64,000 bases of DNA from Chloroflexota bacterium (GTDB lineage Bacteria; Chloroflexota; UBA11872): positions 2,900,435 to 2,964,434 of the forward strand of contig CBDHGI010000006.1 of assembly GCA_965263075.1 (NCBI GenBank). The letters run 5' to 3'. The notes under the pieces are model-generated. The model saw nothing but the letters and a program-made list of their open reading frames with translations. It had not been told where the DNA came from and searched no databases. Both the position numbers and the translations under genes were made by a program. Numbering within the stretch: position 1 is the first letter of the stretch; the number at the start of each line of letters is the position of its first letter. This document shows, piece after piece, positions 1-10,299 of this stretch.

Positions 1-708
1 GCGGCGGTCTACGGCGCGAGCAGTGGCATGGGTCGGGCCACGGCCCTGGCGCTGGCCCGAGCAGGCGCGGACGTGGCGGTGCTGGCGCGAAGCGTCGACG
101 CGCTGGAGCAGGTAGCCAGCGAGATCAGGGACGCCGGGCGCCACGGCGTGGCGATTCCGGTGGACGTGCAGGATGCGGCGGCGGCGCGGGCTTCGGTGGG
201 GTCGATCCTGGATGCACTGGGCGGGCTGGACATCCTGGTCTATGCCACCGGCTGGAATATCCCGGGTCGGGCGCTGGAGCGGCTGAGTCCCTCGGATTGG
301 GAGCTGATGCAGCGCACCAACCTGTGGGGGCTCTACGACGTCACGCAGGCGGCGCTGCCGGCGCTGCGAGAGGCGGGCGCTCGAGTGGTGGTGATCTCGT
401 CGGCGGCGGTCCAAATGCCGGACATGTCGGGCGTGGCGTACCAGAGCACGAAGCACGGGGAAGCCGGGTTTGTGCACGGGATGATGCACGAGGAGGCCGG
501 GAACGGGATTCGGGCGACGGTGATCTTCCCCGGATTGACCGAGACGCCCATGATCGACCGGCGGCCCGCGCCGACGCCGCCGGAGATGGTGGCGAACGCT
601 CTGCAGCCGGAGGACGTGGCCGAGGCGGTGCTGTTTGTGACCTCACTGCCGCCGCGGGCGTACGTGCCTGAGCTGGTTTTGCTGCCGGCGGCGATCCAAC
701 AGCGCTAG
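1..708 (+). CDS. SDR family oxidoreductase (5' partial)
   Basis: Frame open from base 1: VYGASSGMG Rossmann motif and YQSTK catalytic YxxxK. Confidence 0.9.
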   Translation, partial: AAVYGASSGMGRATALALARAGADVAVLARSVDALEQVASEIRDAGRHGVAIPVDVQDAAAARASVGSILDALGGLDILVYATGWNIPGRALERLSPSDWELMQRTNLWGLYDVTQAALPALREAGARVVVISSAAVQMPDMSGVAYQSTKHGEAGFVHGMMHEEAGNGIRATVIFPGLTETPMIDRRPAPTPPEMVANALQPEDVAEAVLFVTSLPPRAYVPELVLLPAAIQQR

Positions 709-775
709 TCCGCGAGCGGCCGCCGGGCGCGGCTGCGTATGCTGGCGGGGCGGTCTGTCGCGGCGAGGTTCACTG

Positions 776-2158
776 ATGACCTACGACCCTTCCCTGCATC
801 TATTCTGTCACCCCTGGGAACTGCAGACGGTGGTGCACATGCGCCGGACCTGGAACCGGCCGGCGCGGGTGCAGATGGCGCCGGTGCTGGCGCCGACCGA
901 GCCGTGGGAAGGCACGTCGGTGGCGACGTGGGGTACGGCGCATTACGACCCGGCCACGAGGCTCTTCAAGCTCTGGTATGAGGCGTGGAATCCCGACCGT
1001 CCGGAGCCGCTGGACACGCCGGTTTGTTATGCGACCTCGTCCGACGGCGTGACCTGGGACAAGCCGGAACTGGGGCTGTTCGAGTGGGACGGCAGCCGCG
1101 CGAACAACATCTGCTGGATGATGCGGGAGAGCGCGCCGTGGGATTACCTGGACAGCCCGCGGGTGTTCGTGGAGCCGGACGCGCCGGCCAATGAGCGTTA
1201 CCGGATGGTGATTTATGCACGGGTTCAGGCGATTCGGCGGCATGCGTTCTTTGTGCTGACGAGCCCGGACGGCGTGCACTGGACGTGGCATGACGAGCCG
1301 TTTCTGACGGAGACGGGAGACAGGTTTCATTGCATCTACGACGACCGGCGGGGCGAGTATTGGGTCACGTCAAGGCGCGCGCACGGGGAACGGGACTTCC
1401 ATTGGGACCCGCCCGTCCCGCGAATTCGAAGCGTGGAGCGCTGGCGGAGCCCTGACCTGCGTGAGTGGTCGGGTCCCGACATCCTGATGCGGCCGGACGA
1501 CGCCGATTTCCCTGACACGGAGTTCTACAGCATGTATCCCATGACGGCCGGGAACGGCTACCTGGGATACCTGGAGTTTTACGACCGGTTTGTGGAACGG
1601 CTGCACACGGAGTTGGTGGTGAGCCGCGACGGGGATCACTGGCAGCGGCTGGAACGGACGCCGTGGCTGGACCGCGGAACCGAGGGCGCCTGGGATGACA
1701 TGTGGGTGTTTCCAGCCAGCAACGACCCGCTGGTGGTGGGGGACCGGATGCTGGTGCCGTTTTGCGGGCGGGGCACGGCGCATGGCGGCCGGCGCTACCG
1801 GATGCAGCCGGCGCGGTGCCGCATTGGGCTGTTGGAGTTCGGGCGCGACCGCTGGGCGGCGCTGACGGCCGGGCAGGACGGCGGCGAGTTCGTGACCGAG
1901 CCGGCGGAGGTGAGCGGCGACCGTCTGACGCTGAACGTGGACGCGGAGTTCGGGGACGTGCGAGTGGCGGTGCTGAACGAGCATGGCGGGGCGCTAGAGG
2001 GGTTCGGCCACGATGAGGCCGTGCCCATTGAGCGTGACGCGATCGAGGCGCAGGTTTGTTGGGACACGGGCGATTCGCTGGGGGACTTGCGAGGCCGTCG
2101 GGTGCGCCTGCACGTCACGGCGGCGCGGGCCAGCGTGTACGGCTACAGGTTCGGCTGA
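776..2158 (+). CDS. Putative glycoside hydrolase-like beta-propeller protein (GH32-like)
   Basis: Repeated Asp-box-like motifs YATSSDGVTW, LTSPDGVHW, VSRDGDHW; C-terminal beta-sandwich-like region. Confidence 0.6.
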   Translation: MTYDPSLHLFCHPWELQTVVHMRRTWNRPARVQMAPVLAPTEPWEGTSVATWGTAHYDPATRLFKLWYEAWNPDRPEPLDTPVCYATSSDGVTWDKPELGLFEWDGSRANNICWMMRESAPWDYLDSPRVFVEPDAPANERYRMVIYARVQAIRRHAFFVLTSPDGVHWTWHDEPFLTETGDRFHCIYDDRRGEYWVTSRRAHGERDFHWDPPVPRIRSVERWRSPDLREWSGPDILMRPDDADFPDTEFYSMYPMTAGNGYLGYLEFYDRFVERLHTELVVSRDGDHWQRLERTPWLDRGTEGAWDDMWVFPASNDPLVVGDRMLVPFCGRGTAHGGRRYRMQPARCRIGLLEFGRDRWAALTAGQDGGEFVTEPAEVSGDRLTLNVDAEFGDVRVAVLNEHGGALEGFGHDEAVPIERDAIEAQVCWDTGDSLGDLRGRRVRLHVTAARASVYGYRFG

Positions 2159-2191
2159 GCGGGTATTGCGCCGCCGCGCCTGTGCCTTAAC

Positions 2192-3334
2192 ATGGAAGGT
2201 CACCGCGTGGCGGTTGAGCCACTGTGGCGAGTCCGAGGGAGGCCGGGCTCCGAGGAGCGTATTTCCGTCTCACGCCAAGCGTTGATCCAAAGCCATCGCA
2301 GTTCCCGCCGGGCGTTTCTGGCCCGCCTCTCGTGCGCGGTTGGCGCCGCCGTGGGCGCTGGAACCGGTGTCGTCCGAGCCGATCCGGCGACTCCCGAGGT
2401 TCCGGTTCCGGCCATCTATCTGCGCGAAACCGGACATCACCTCGGCGGGCCGATCCTGGCCTGGTGGCTGCAATACGGGCGCGAGGACGGTCTGGGCTGG
2501 CCGATAACCGAGCAACTGCTCGTCGGCCGCCGCCGCGTGCAGTACTTCGAGCGAGGCGCGCTGGCGCTGGCGCCGACCTCGCCCGATCCGCTCGGGGTGG
2601 TTCCCGTGAACCTGGGACGTCCCTATGTCGGCCGTTCTTTCGTTTCCCAATCCGAGGCTGAATCCGCCCATTTCTTTGCGGAGACCGGCCATGGCGTGCA
2701 TCCGGCCGTTTGGCCGTATCATCGCGAGAATGGCGGCGTTTACCGGTTTGGATATCCGCTGGCGCCGGCCGTGGTCGGCGCCGGGGGGCTCTGGCAGGTG
2801 TTCGAGCGGGCGGTGCTGTCTGAAAGCGGCGGCCGCCTGACCGACTTGCGCCTGGGCCTCATGGAGGCGGAGCGGCTGCGGTTACCCACAGGCCCAGCCG
2901 CCCAGGCCCGGCATGCACCCGTGGTGGACCTTGCGGCGCTGGACCCGGTGTACGGGCCGCCGACCGACCGACAGGCCAAGGTGGACCTCACGCGCCAGGT
3001 CGTGACGTTCTTCGACGGGGACGAGCCGGTGCGGATGGCTCCTACCTCAACCGGCGTTTATCCAGACTTCACGCCGTCGGGGCGGTACCGGGTCTTCGTT
3101 CGCATTCCGCGGGCTCGGCTGGTCTCCAACGGCAGCACGCAGGCGGTCTATAACCTGGACGACGTGCAGCACATCCAGTATTTCACGGAAAGCTGGATCG
3201 GCTTCCACTACGCCTATTGGCATGCCGAGTTCGGCACCGCGCGCAGCGCGGGCTGCGTGAACCTGCGGCTGCACGATTCCAGTTGGGCCTGGGACTTCTG
3301 CGACCAAGGCACCCGGGTGGTCGTTCACTACTAG
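2192..3334 (+). CDS. L,D-transpeptidase (YkuD) family protein with Tat-like signal; start uncertain
   Basis: RRAFL twin-arginine motif; two ETGH...G(W/Y)P...Q.FER repeats; catalytic HYAYWH...SAGCVNL. Confidence 0.85.
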   Translation: MEGHRVAVEPLWRVRGRPGSEERISVSRQALIQSHRSSRRAFLARLSCAVGAAVGAGTGVVRADPATPEVPVPAIYLRETGHHLGGPILAWWLQYGREDGLGWPITEQLLVGRRRVQYFERGALALAPTSPDPLGVVPVNLGRPYVGRSFVSQSEAESAHFFAETGHGVHPAVWPYHRENGGVYRFGYPLAPAVVGAGGLWQVFERAVLSESGGRLTDLRLGLMEAERLRLPTGPAAQARHAPVVDLAALDPVYGPPTDRQAKVDLTRQVVTFFDGDEPVRMAPTSTGVYPDFTPSGRYRVFVRIPRARLVSNGSTQAVYNLDDVQHIQYFTESWIGFHYAYWHAEFGTARSAGCVNLRLHDSSWAWDFCDQGTRVVVHY

Positions 3335-3419
3335 AGCCCAGTGCCTCGCCGGCTGTCGGACGGTGCGCCGGGTCGCTCGGCGACGCGCCTATGATGGCGG
3401 GGCCACACAGGCCACCACG

Positions 3420-3872
3420 GTGAAGTCCGTGTCTGCATCCCGCGAGTGCGCCACAGCGGATGCGCCAGCTTCTTCGGTCATCTTCGTCTGCGTGCATAAC
3501 GCCGGGCGTAGCCAGATGGCCGCCGGCCTGCTGGGCGCGGCCGCCGCCGGCCGAGTGAACGTCATGTCCGCCGGAACCGCTCCGGGCGAGCGAGTCAACC
3601 CAATGGCGGTTGAGGCCATGCGCGAGATCGGCATCGACATCAGTCACGCCACACCGTCGCGCCTGGCCACACCCGACGTGGCCGCGGCTGACGTCTGCAT
3701 CACGATGGGCTTTGGCGATACCTGTCCGCTGGTGCCGGGCACGGAGTACCGGGACTGGTCGGTGGACGACCCGTCGGGGCAGCCGATTGCGGTGGTTCGG
3801 CGCATTCGTGACGACATTGCGGGCCGTGTGCAGGCGCTGGTAGCCGAGTTGGCGCCGGACTCGACGGGGTGA
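3420..3872 (+). CDS. arsC: LMW-PTP fold arsenate reductase ArsC-like protein; start approximate
   Basis: FVCVHNAGRSQMA P-loop (CX5R), DDP motif; MGFGDTCP where MGCGDxCP is usual. Confidence 0.8.
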   Translation: MKSVSASRECATADAPASSVIFVCVHNAGRSQMAAGLLGAAAAGRVNVMSAGTAPGERVNPMAVEAMREIGIDISHATPSRLATPDVAAADVCITMGFGDTCPLVPGTEYRDWSVDDPSGQPIAVVRRIRDDIAGRVQALVAELAPDSTG

Positions 3873-4444
3873 GTCGAAACCAGCTCTTGCTGGGCCTAGC
3901 TTCGGTCCTGATTGCCGCGGCCATCGTCGTGATCGCTATCGACGTGGACGAGGAGTCCTTGGCCCCGGCGCCGGAGACGCCGACGCCTCCGCCCGAGGAG
4001 CAGGTGGCGCGGCTCATGCGCACATTCGTGTCGCGCGTCATCGAGCAGGAGCTGCGCCCGCGCGTCGCTGAACTGGAAGGTACGCAGATCGTTGACGGCA
4101 GCGGGGGGACGGCCACGATCCGCCGCGTGATCGAAGGTGACCGCCTGGAGCTGCGAATCATGTTCGACGATTATGTGCTGCGGCTCAATCCCGAGGTGAC
4201 GGCTGAGAACGAGATTCAGGCCGACGGCACGGTGACCTATACGCGTGTTGGACCCGAACTGCGCGTGCAAGGGACCGACGTGCGCCTGGGGGTATTTGAC
4301 GCAGAGCGGCGCGATCCGCGCACTGACGTGGCCGGACGCTTCACGTTCGACCTGTCCGGTCCAGACGTCGCGGGGCTGTCAGGCGAAGTTGAGCGGAACG
4401 GCGATCAGCGACTGCGGATCACGCCCGCGATAGCCGCTCCCTAG
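3869..4444 (+). CDS. Hypothetical protein with N-terminal membrane anchor
   Basis: GTGA overlap with upstream stop; hydrophobic N-terminus followed by a Pro-rich linker. Confidence 0.65.
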   Translation: MSRNQLLLGLASVLIAAAIVVIAIDVDEESLAPAPETPTPPPEEQVARLMRTFVSRVIEQELRPRVAELEGTQIVDGSGGTATIRRVIEGDRLELRIMFDDYVLRLNPEVTAENEIQADGTVTYTRVGPELRVQGTDVRLGVFDAERRDPRTDVAGRFTFDLSGPDVAGLSGEVERNGDQRLRITPAIAAP

Positions 4445-5025
4445 TCCTCCACCAACTGCCCGCCGGCCTGCAACACGCCCCAGAAGGCGTAGTCGGCCTG
4501 ATGGACGATCTGGTTGGTCAGGCTGCGTTGAATCAGTTCACCTTCGGCGGAGTGCCCGCCGGCGACGTGGGCCACTTCCTCGGGCAGGCCGACCGTCAGG
4601 CAGATGTGTACGCCGTAGCCGGGGTGCCGTATCGAGGGCCGGCCGGTTCGGCCGCGCTGCGCCGTCCAGCGGGCCTGGTTTTCGGGGTCGAACTCCCAGG
4701 GCTTGCCCACGTCGTGGCAGAGCGCCGCGGCGACCAGTATGTCGCGGTCGATGTCCAGGCCGGGGAAGTTTCCGCCCAGCTCGTCGGCGATGGCCACGGC
4801 CAGGCGGGTAACGCCCCTGATGTGGTCGGTCTGGGTCCCGTTCTTCAGCGGGGGCGTATCGGGATTGCCGGAGCCTCGGATGTCGGAAACCGCGCTGAAC
4901 GAGCTTTGGGACAGGGCCAGCGCCCAGGCCTCGACGACCTTGGCGGCTAACGCCGTATCGTCGATCCACTCGACTTCGGGCAGTTCGGCCCGCACCCGTG
5001 CCCGCTGTGCGTCGTCGACTGTCAC
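4441..5025 (-). CDS. HD-domain metal-dependent phosphohydrolase
   Basis: DH...LCHDVGK...RH...GHS...HQAD motifs. Confidence 0.85.
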   Translation of the reverse strand: MTVDDAQRARVRAELPEVEWIDDTALAAKVVEAWALALSQSSFSAVSDIRGSGNPDTPPLKNGTQTDHIRGVTRLAVAIADELGGNFPGLDIDRDILVAAALCHDVGKPWEFDPENQARWTAQRGRTGRPSIRHPGYGVHICLTVGLPEEVAHVAGGHSAEGELIQRSLTNQIVHQADYAFWGVLQAGGQLVED

Positions 5026-5097
5026 GGCTGCCCCCTGGCTGCGGTTCGGTAGGGCCTGAGTGTAGCCCTGCCCTTCAGTGTGGCGGTGCAGTTGGGC

Positions 5098-5433
5098 CTA
5101 GCGAATCTGGTAGACGAGCGTCTGCACGTCGATCAGGTCGTCGCTAACTACGAACGTGTCGATGCCCTCCGCCGTGCGTCCGTCCGCATGGGTGCCCGAC
5201 CAGGTGAGCAGGACGGTGTCGCCGGCGACGGTTACGGTTTCCTGGCGGGCCTCGAAACCGGCGAGATCCGCGAAGAGCGCCTTGAAGAATGCATGGCAGC
5301 CGTCGTGGCCGATATGCACCTGATCGGGCTGCATCAGCCGGGCGTCAGCCGCGTAGTCGGCCGCAATGGCGTCGAAATCGCCCGACTGCACCGCGTCCCA
5401 ATGTCGTTGAAAGACCGCTTCGGGATCAGCCAT
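5098..5433 (-). CDS. SnoaL-like/NTF2 family protein
   Basis: 111 aa; GDFDAIAADYAADA and GIDTFVV motifs. Confidence 0.8.
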   Translation of the reverse strand: MADPEAVFQRHWDAVQSGDFDAIAADYAADARLMQPDQVHIGHDGCHAFFKALFADLAGFEARQETVTVAGDTVLLTWSGTHADGRTAEGIDTFVVSDDLIDVQTLVYQIR

Positions 5434-5552
5434 AGCTCTGTGCTCTTGCTGATGGGTGTGGTAACCCTACGGCATAGGGCCGAGAGGCCAAGCGGTCCGG
5501 GGCGGCGACTAGCGCCGCGCCGGACCGCCGGCGCTACTGCGAAGCCGCGGAC

Positions 5553-6566
5553 TTACCGCTCGTACCAGCCTGAGCCGAAGACCAGGCCGTTGCGCCGAAT
5601 GACCCACGAGTGCTTGGTCTGCGCTTCGCCGGATTCGGGGTTGACCCAGGTGTAGGAAAGCCAGGCGCCGTCCGGCGTGGCGTTCGCCACGACCTGGAGC
5701 CCAGCGGGGAATCCGTCCGGCCCCAGCACGTCCCGGGCATGCAGGCCTACCAATGACGGGGTGGCCGCATGGCCGATCAGCACGTCGTTTTCGTCGAACA
5801 CGAACAGGTACCACGGCCCATCGAGGCTCTGGCTGGAGTTGTAGTAGTCGAGTGTGGCTTGGAGCCCAAGGGCGTTGTAGAGGTCGATCCCCCGCTGCAC
5901 GACAGCCTGGGTGTAGGCGGCGGGCTTGGCCTTGGAAGGTCCGGGCTCGTACCAGCCTGAGCCGAAGACCAGGCCGTTGCGCCGAATGACCCACGAGTGC
6001 TTGGTCTGCGCTTCGCCGGATTCGGGGTTGACCCAGGTGTAGGAAACCCAGGCGCCGTCCGGCGTGGCGTTCGCCACGACCTGGAGCCCAGCGGGGAATC
6101 CGTCCGGCCCCAGCACGTCCCGGACATGCAGGCCTACCAGTGACGGGGTGGCCGCATGGCCGATCAGCACGTCGTTTTCGTCGACCACGAACAGGTACCA
6201 CGGCCCATCGAGGCTCTGGCTGGAGTTGTAGTAGTCGAGCGTGGCCTGTAGGCCTTCGGTGTTATGGCGGTCGATGGCGCGCTCGACGAATGCCTGGGTG
6301 TAGGCGGCGGGGTTGTCCTTGGCCGGCGTCTGGAACCGTCGGCCGCCGAAGACGAAGCCGTCGCTCCGGTGGTCCTGGCGGCAGGCGGATTCAGCCTGGT
6401 CGCCGTGGACGCGCTGGTAGATCCCGACGTTCTCGTCGTTGCCCAGACTGGCTTCGATGAGGTCGTTGAGTTCCACGCAGGTGGTTGGCCATTCGGCCAG
6501 CGCCGCGGAAACAGTAGCTATGAGGAGCCAAACGACGGCAACGGCCGTCAGTGCCAGACGCTTCAC
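5553..6566 (-). CDS. Secreted protein with two tandem Cache-like sensor domains
   Basis: Signal peptide; twice WYLFV.DENDVLIGH...YTWVNPESGEAQTKHSWV...FGSGWY. Confidence 0.8.
   Translation of the reverse strand: MKRLALTAVAVVWLLIATVSAALAEWPTTCVELNDLIEASLGNDENVGIYQRVHGDQAESACRQDHRSDGFVFGGRRFQTPAKDNPAAYTQAFVERAIDRHNTEGLQATLDYYNSSQSLDGPWYLFVVDENDVLIGHAATPSLVGLHVRDVLGPDGFPAGLQVVANATPDGAWVSYTWVNPESGEAQTKHSWVIRRNGLVFGSGWYEPGPSKAKPAAYTQAVVQRGIDLYNALGLQATLDYYNSSQSLDGPWYLFVFDENDVLIGHAATPSLVGLHARDVLGPDGFPAGLQVVANATPDGAWLSYTWVNPESGEAQTKHSWVIRRNGLVFGSGWYER
5558..6320. repeat. Intragenic tandem duplication, 387-bp (129-aa) period
   Basis: 5558-5852 versus 5945-6239 differ at only 4 positions by eye. Confidence 0.95.
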
Positions 6567-6677
6567 GGTGAACCTCTCCGCCCAAGAAGTCTGCTAAGAA
6601 TATAGGCCACGTTGGGCGTTGGTTGGGTGGGATTTCGACTTTGACTTGCGCCTCGTGCTTTCGAGCACCGCCGGCGC

Positions 6678-8873
6678 TTACCCGCTGTCCTTCGTACCGA
6701 AGTCGCGCCAGCCCCAGTCGAGCCGCAGCCTTGGCATTTCGAAGTCGAAGTACCAGCGGATCGAAATCGGTTCGCGGTCCTTGCCCAAGTAGGCGTAGAA
6801 AAGTGCGGCGCGTCCGGGAACCTCGTTCACGATGCGGATCGGCGTGAGGTCATGGAAGCGGCTTGGATCCTCGTTGGCCGCCAGGTAGTCGAGAAGGGGC
6901 TGGGCGTAGGGTTCGGCGTCGCTTGGTCGGGCGGCGGCCAGGTCGAACGGTTCATGGTGGTTCCAGGCCGGTAGGTCGCTGCCAGCGTCCTGACTGCCGA
7001 CGTTGCAGGCGACCCAGATGGGGGTGCTCCAGGCGTACTCGCCGTCCGTCTGGCGGAGTCGCACGTAGTAGGCCGCCTCTTGCAGCGGCGCCTCATCCTC
7101 GAAGTCCAGCTGAACGTCCAGGGCGTTTGGACGCCATGACGCCAGGGCCCGGTCGTTGCGGATCAGGTCAATCCGCTCGATTGGCGCGCAGGCGTGGGCG
7201 GTGATCGTCAGACGCGGCGTGCCACCGACTTCAATCTCGCTTCCAGAAGGACTGCCGTTGGCGCACACGTCCAGGATGATCCGCGTCCCGGTCGTCGCGT
7301 AGGTTTGCCGGCTCATCACGGCGTCCCAGATGGTGTGGCGCTCGCAGCGGACCGCCCGCACGGCGGCCACCGGACCACAGCCGATGGCGCAGTCGCGCAT
7401 GTTCAGGTGGCTGCCGAAGCGGCCGCGGAAGTGGTGCGCGGCCATGGGTGCGGCCAGCAGGGGCAGATGGGTATCGCCCGAGGCGACTACCCCCGGACGG
7501 TGGCCGTGGCGGAGCGCGCGCTGTAGCAGCCACTCCACTGATCCGTGACCGCTGGCCACTTCAACCACCGGTTCGCGGGCCATGGGGTACGCGTCCCAGT
7601 CCGCCGGACCACCGCCGACGTGGGCTTCCAGCAGGACATCCTCGCGCTCGCCGTAGGTCTCCACCAGGTAGTCCATCTCGGCGAACGCCGGCGCGTAGCG
7701 CGCCGCCCAGTCGCGAAAGATGACGTTGCGGTCGCCGCCGACGTTTGGATGGGCTTCGGCGGCTAGGAATGGCACGTACCTGCCCGGAGCGTCGTTGGCT
7801 CGATAGGCCGCCTGATGCGCTTCCCAGACGGCCGGACGGTGCGTTTGGTCGGGCGGGGCCATGGGGCCGGGGGCGGCGAAGTCGAGCCGGGCCTGACCGC
7901 GTGCCTGGGCGTGCCGCCCGGCCGGGTGCAACACCGGTGTTGGGTCGTCCATCAGCCCCATGCTGATATCGCCCCAGCTGTGCGAGTGCAGGTCGCCCCA
8001 CAGCAGCAACGTCTCTGGATCCGACTGGACCAGTAGCGGATTGCTCAACGTTGACAGCGCGTGCACTTGGTCATGCGCCTTGATGCGAACCAGTCCGGGC
8101 GCCTGCGCTGTCACCCCCTGGATGATGGCGAAGCCAGCGTCCTTCGGTCCCAGACGGACTTCGCGCGGGAGCCCGTTCAGCTGCGACGCCTCCGCACTCA
8201 GTTCCACGGTGCCCGTGTACTGCGTGCAGACGTTGTGGTTGCGGTCGTAGACGGCCAGGTGCAGGGCAAACGGCTCGCCCGGCCGGGCGATGGATGGTCC
8301 CAGCAGGCGCAGCAGCGTTGGGGTGGGATCCGACGACACGTGCACAGGAATCTCGCCGCCGCTGAGCTGTCGATAGTCGAGGCCGCCACTGCGATCCATC
8401 GACGCGACGATGCGGCCCTGGCAGGTGACGTCGTAGACCTCGCTGCCGGGTCCGCCCTGGCTGGTGTCGCCGATCACGAGGCGCAGCTCGTCGCCCGGCG
8501 TCAGGGTCCCGCGTTCGACCACGATGCGCGCGAACGACGGCCAATGCGCCTGGTTGAGCTCGTTGAGTTCAAGCCGAACCTGCGCTTGTGTGCTTGAGTG
8601 CAAGGTCACGTAGTCGCGACCCCGTGGCCTGGTGTTCTGGACGCTGTGCGACAACAGGAATCCGTAGCGCTCGAACAGGAAACCGCCGCCGGCCTGCACA
8701 GGGGCCTCGACGGTCAGCCGAAACTCCCAGGTCCCCACGGCGCCGGCGGTGAGGTGCAGGTCCGGGCCGGTGACGCTCGATCCGCTGGCCTGGTGAAATT
8801 TGACTTCGAGCCGGGCCGGCAGGTTTCCGGCGCGTGCTCGATACGGCAGCGTGGTTGGCGTCGCCGGCGTCAC
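6678..8873 (-). CDS. DUF3604/PHP-like metal-dependent hydrolase
   Basis: WGDLHSHS, EVASGHGS, ASGDTH, RQTYATTGTRI, YYVRLRQTDGEYAWSTPIW; GTG start overlaps upstream TGA. Confidence 0.7.
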   Translation of the reverse strand: MTPATPTTLPYRARAGNLPARLEVKFHQASGSSVTGPDLHLTAGAVGTWEFRLTVEAPVQAGGGFLFERYGFLLSHSVQNTRPRGRDYVTLHSSTQAQVRLELNELNQAHWPSFARIVVERGTLTPGDELRLVIGDTSQGGPGSEVYDVTCQGRIVASMDRSGGLDYRQLSGGEIPVHVSSDPTPTLLRLLGPSIARPGEPFALHLAVYDRNHNVCTQYTGTVELSAEASQLNGLPREVRLGPKDAGFAIIQGVTAQAPGLVRIKAHDQVHALSTLSNPLLVQSDPETLLLWGDLHSHSWGDISMGLMDDPTPVLHPAGRHAQARGQARLDFAAPGPMAPPDQTHRPAVWEAHQAAYRANDAPGRYVPFLAAEAHPNVGGDRNVIFRDWAARYAPAFAEMDYLVETYGEREDVLLEAHVGGGPADWDAYPMAREPVVEVASGHGSVEWLLQRALRHGHRPGVVASGDTHLPLLAAPMAAHHFRGRFGSHLNMRDCAIGCGPVAAVRAVRCERHTIWDAVMSRQTYATTGTRIILDVCANGSPSGSEIEVGGTPRLTITAHACAPIERIDLIRNDRALASWRPNALDVQLDFEDEAPLQEAAYYVRLRQTDGEYAWSTPIWVACNVGSQDAGSDLPAWNHHEPFDLAAARPSDAEPYAQPLLDYLAANEDPSRFHDLTPIRIVNEVPGRAALFYAYLGKDREPISIRWYFDFEMPRLRLDWGWRDFGTKDSG

Positions 8874-10168
8874 GCGTCCTGCTTCGCCAGGCGCCGGATG
8901 CGCTCGCCCTGGGCGGTTACTTTCTCGAACGCCGCGGCCACTTGCTCGACCCAAGTCTCGGAAGGATCGACCGGAGTTGGCAGCCAGACGCAGGTGGCGT
9001 TGAGGAGCTCGCTGACCGGCAACGATCCCGGACCGAAGGGCGGCCGAATGTCGTCGGGCAGGTCGCCCCACGGCCCGCCCAAACCCTCGAACGGGAAGTC
9101 GCTGAAGAGCGGCTGCAGATGCATGGCGCCGTAGAGGGCCGACGGCTGGTCGGGGTGGATGCCCACGCCCTCGGCGGCAATCGCTTGAAGGATGGCCTCG
9201 ATCGGCGCACCGATCTCCTTGGCGTCGACTCGTGCCGCATACAGCAGAAAGCCTCCGCGCTCGGCATTGGCGTACGGCCGCTGGGGATAGACGCCGGGGA
9301 CGTCGTCCAGCAGGGCGTCGAGGCGCGCGAACCAGCGCCGGCGGTGGTCGTTGAGTTCCGGCAGGCGCTCGAGGCCCGCGCGGGCGAGGGCAATGCCCAG
9401 CGGGTTGGCGCGGTACTTCACGCCGAGGCCGATACGCCCCAGACCGCGCAGTGCGTCGGTCTGGAGTAGTTGGTTTACGCGTCCGTAATGGCCGAGCGCC
9501 GCCATGCGGTCGTAGAGGTTGGGATCGTTAGTGACGGCCACGCCAGCCTCGACGCCGCTGATGGGTTTGCTGGCCTGCATGCTGAAGCAGCCGATGTGCC
9601 CCACCGATCCGACCTGCTGCCCGCGCCAACTGGCTCCGTGCGCGTGGGAGGCGTCCTCGATCAGCGTGACGTCGGTGCCGTCCACGATGTCCAGTAGCGC
9701 GTCCAGGTCGGCCGGGTTGCCGTAGACGTGGGTGGCGACGATGGCGCAAGTGCGGTCGGTCAGCTTGCGGCGCACGTCGGCCGCGTCGATGCAGAAGGTC
9801 TCGGGATCGGCGTCGGCGAACACGGGCGACGCGCTGCAGTGCAGCGCCGGCGAGATGGAGGCGTGCCAGGTGACGGAGGGCACGATGACTTCGCGCCCGA
9901 GCGAGGCGCCGGCGGCGAACATGGCCGAGTGCAAAGCCGCGGTGCCGTTGCAGACGGCCAACGCGAAACGAGTGCCGACGAAGTCGCGGAACTCGGCCTC
10001 GAACTTCTCGATTTCGTCGTAGACCGCCGAGCCCGCTTCGAGGGCGCCGTTCACGAACGTGCGTTCGCGCTCGGTGATCGGCTCCCAGCGGTCGTCGATG
10101 GGCACGGTTACGGCAGGAGGGCCGCCTTCGATGGCGAGCGATGGGTCCAGTGGACGGTTACCAGCCAT
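8870..10168 (-). CDS. DegT/DnrJ/EryC1/StrS family PLP aminotransferase
   Basis: [24 protein letters not shown] (PLP lysine). Confidence 0.9.
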   Translation of the reverse strand: MAGNRPLDPSLAIEGGPPAVTVPIDDRWEPITERERTFVNGALEAGSAVYDEIEKFEAEFRDFVGTRFALAVCNGTAALHSAMFAAGASLGREVIVPSVTWHASISPALHCSASPVFADADPETFCIDAADVRRKLTDRTCAIVATHVYGNPADLDALLDIVDGTDVTLIEDASHAHGASWRGQQVGSVGHIGCFSMQASKPISGVEAGVAVTNDPNLYDRMAALGHYGRVNQLLQTDALRGLGRIGLGVKYRANPLGIALARAGLERLPELNDHRRRWFARLDALLDDVPGVYPQRPYANAERGGFLLYAARVDAKEIGAPIEAILQAIAAEGVGIHPDQPSALYGAMHLQPLFSDFPFEGLGGPWGDLPDDIRPPFGPGSLPVSELLNATCVWLPTPVDPSETWVEQVAAAFEKVTAQGERIRRLAKQDA

Positions 10169-10299
10169 GCGTCTAGGCGCAGTTCCCGGCGGCGTAGATG
10201 CGATGCCAACTCATACGGAGCCGCCGACGTGACACGGGCCGTTGAGTATGTTCAGTGGCCGACGCGGTGTCGAGTTGGGGGACGGCGGGAGCCCACGAC

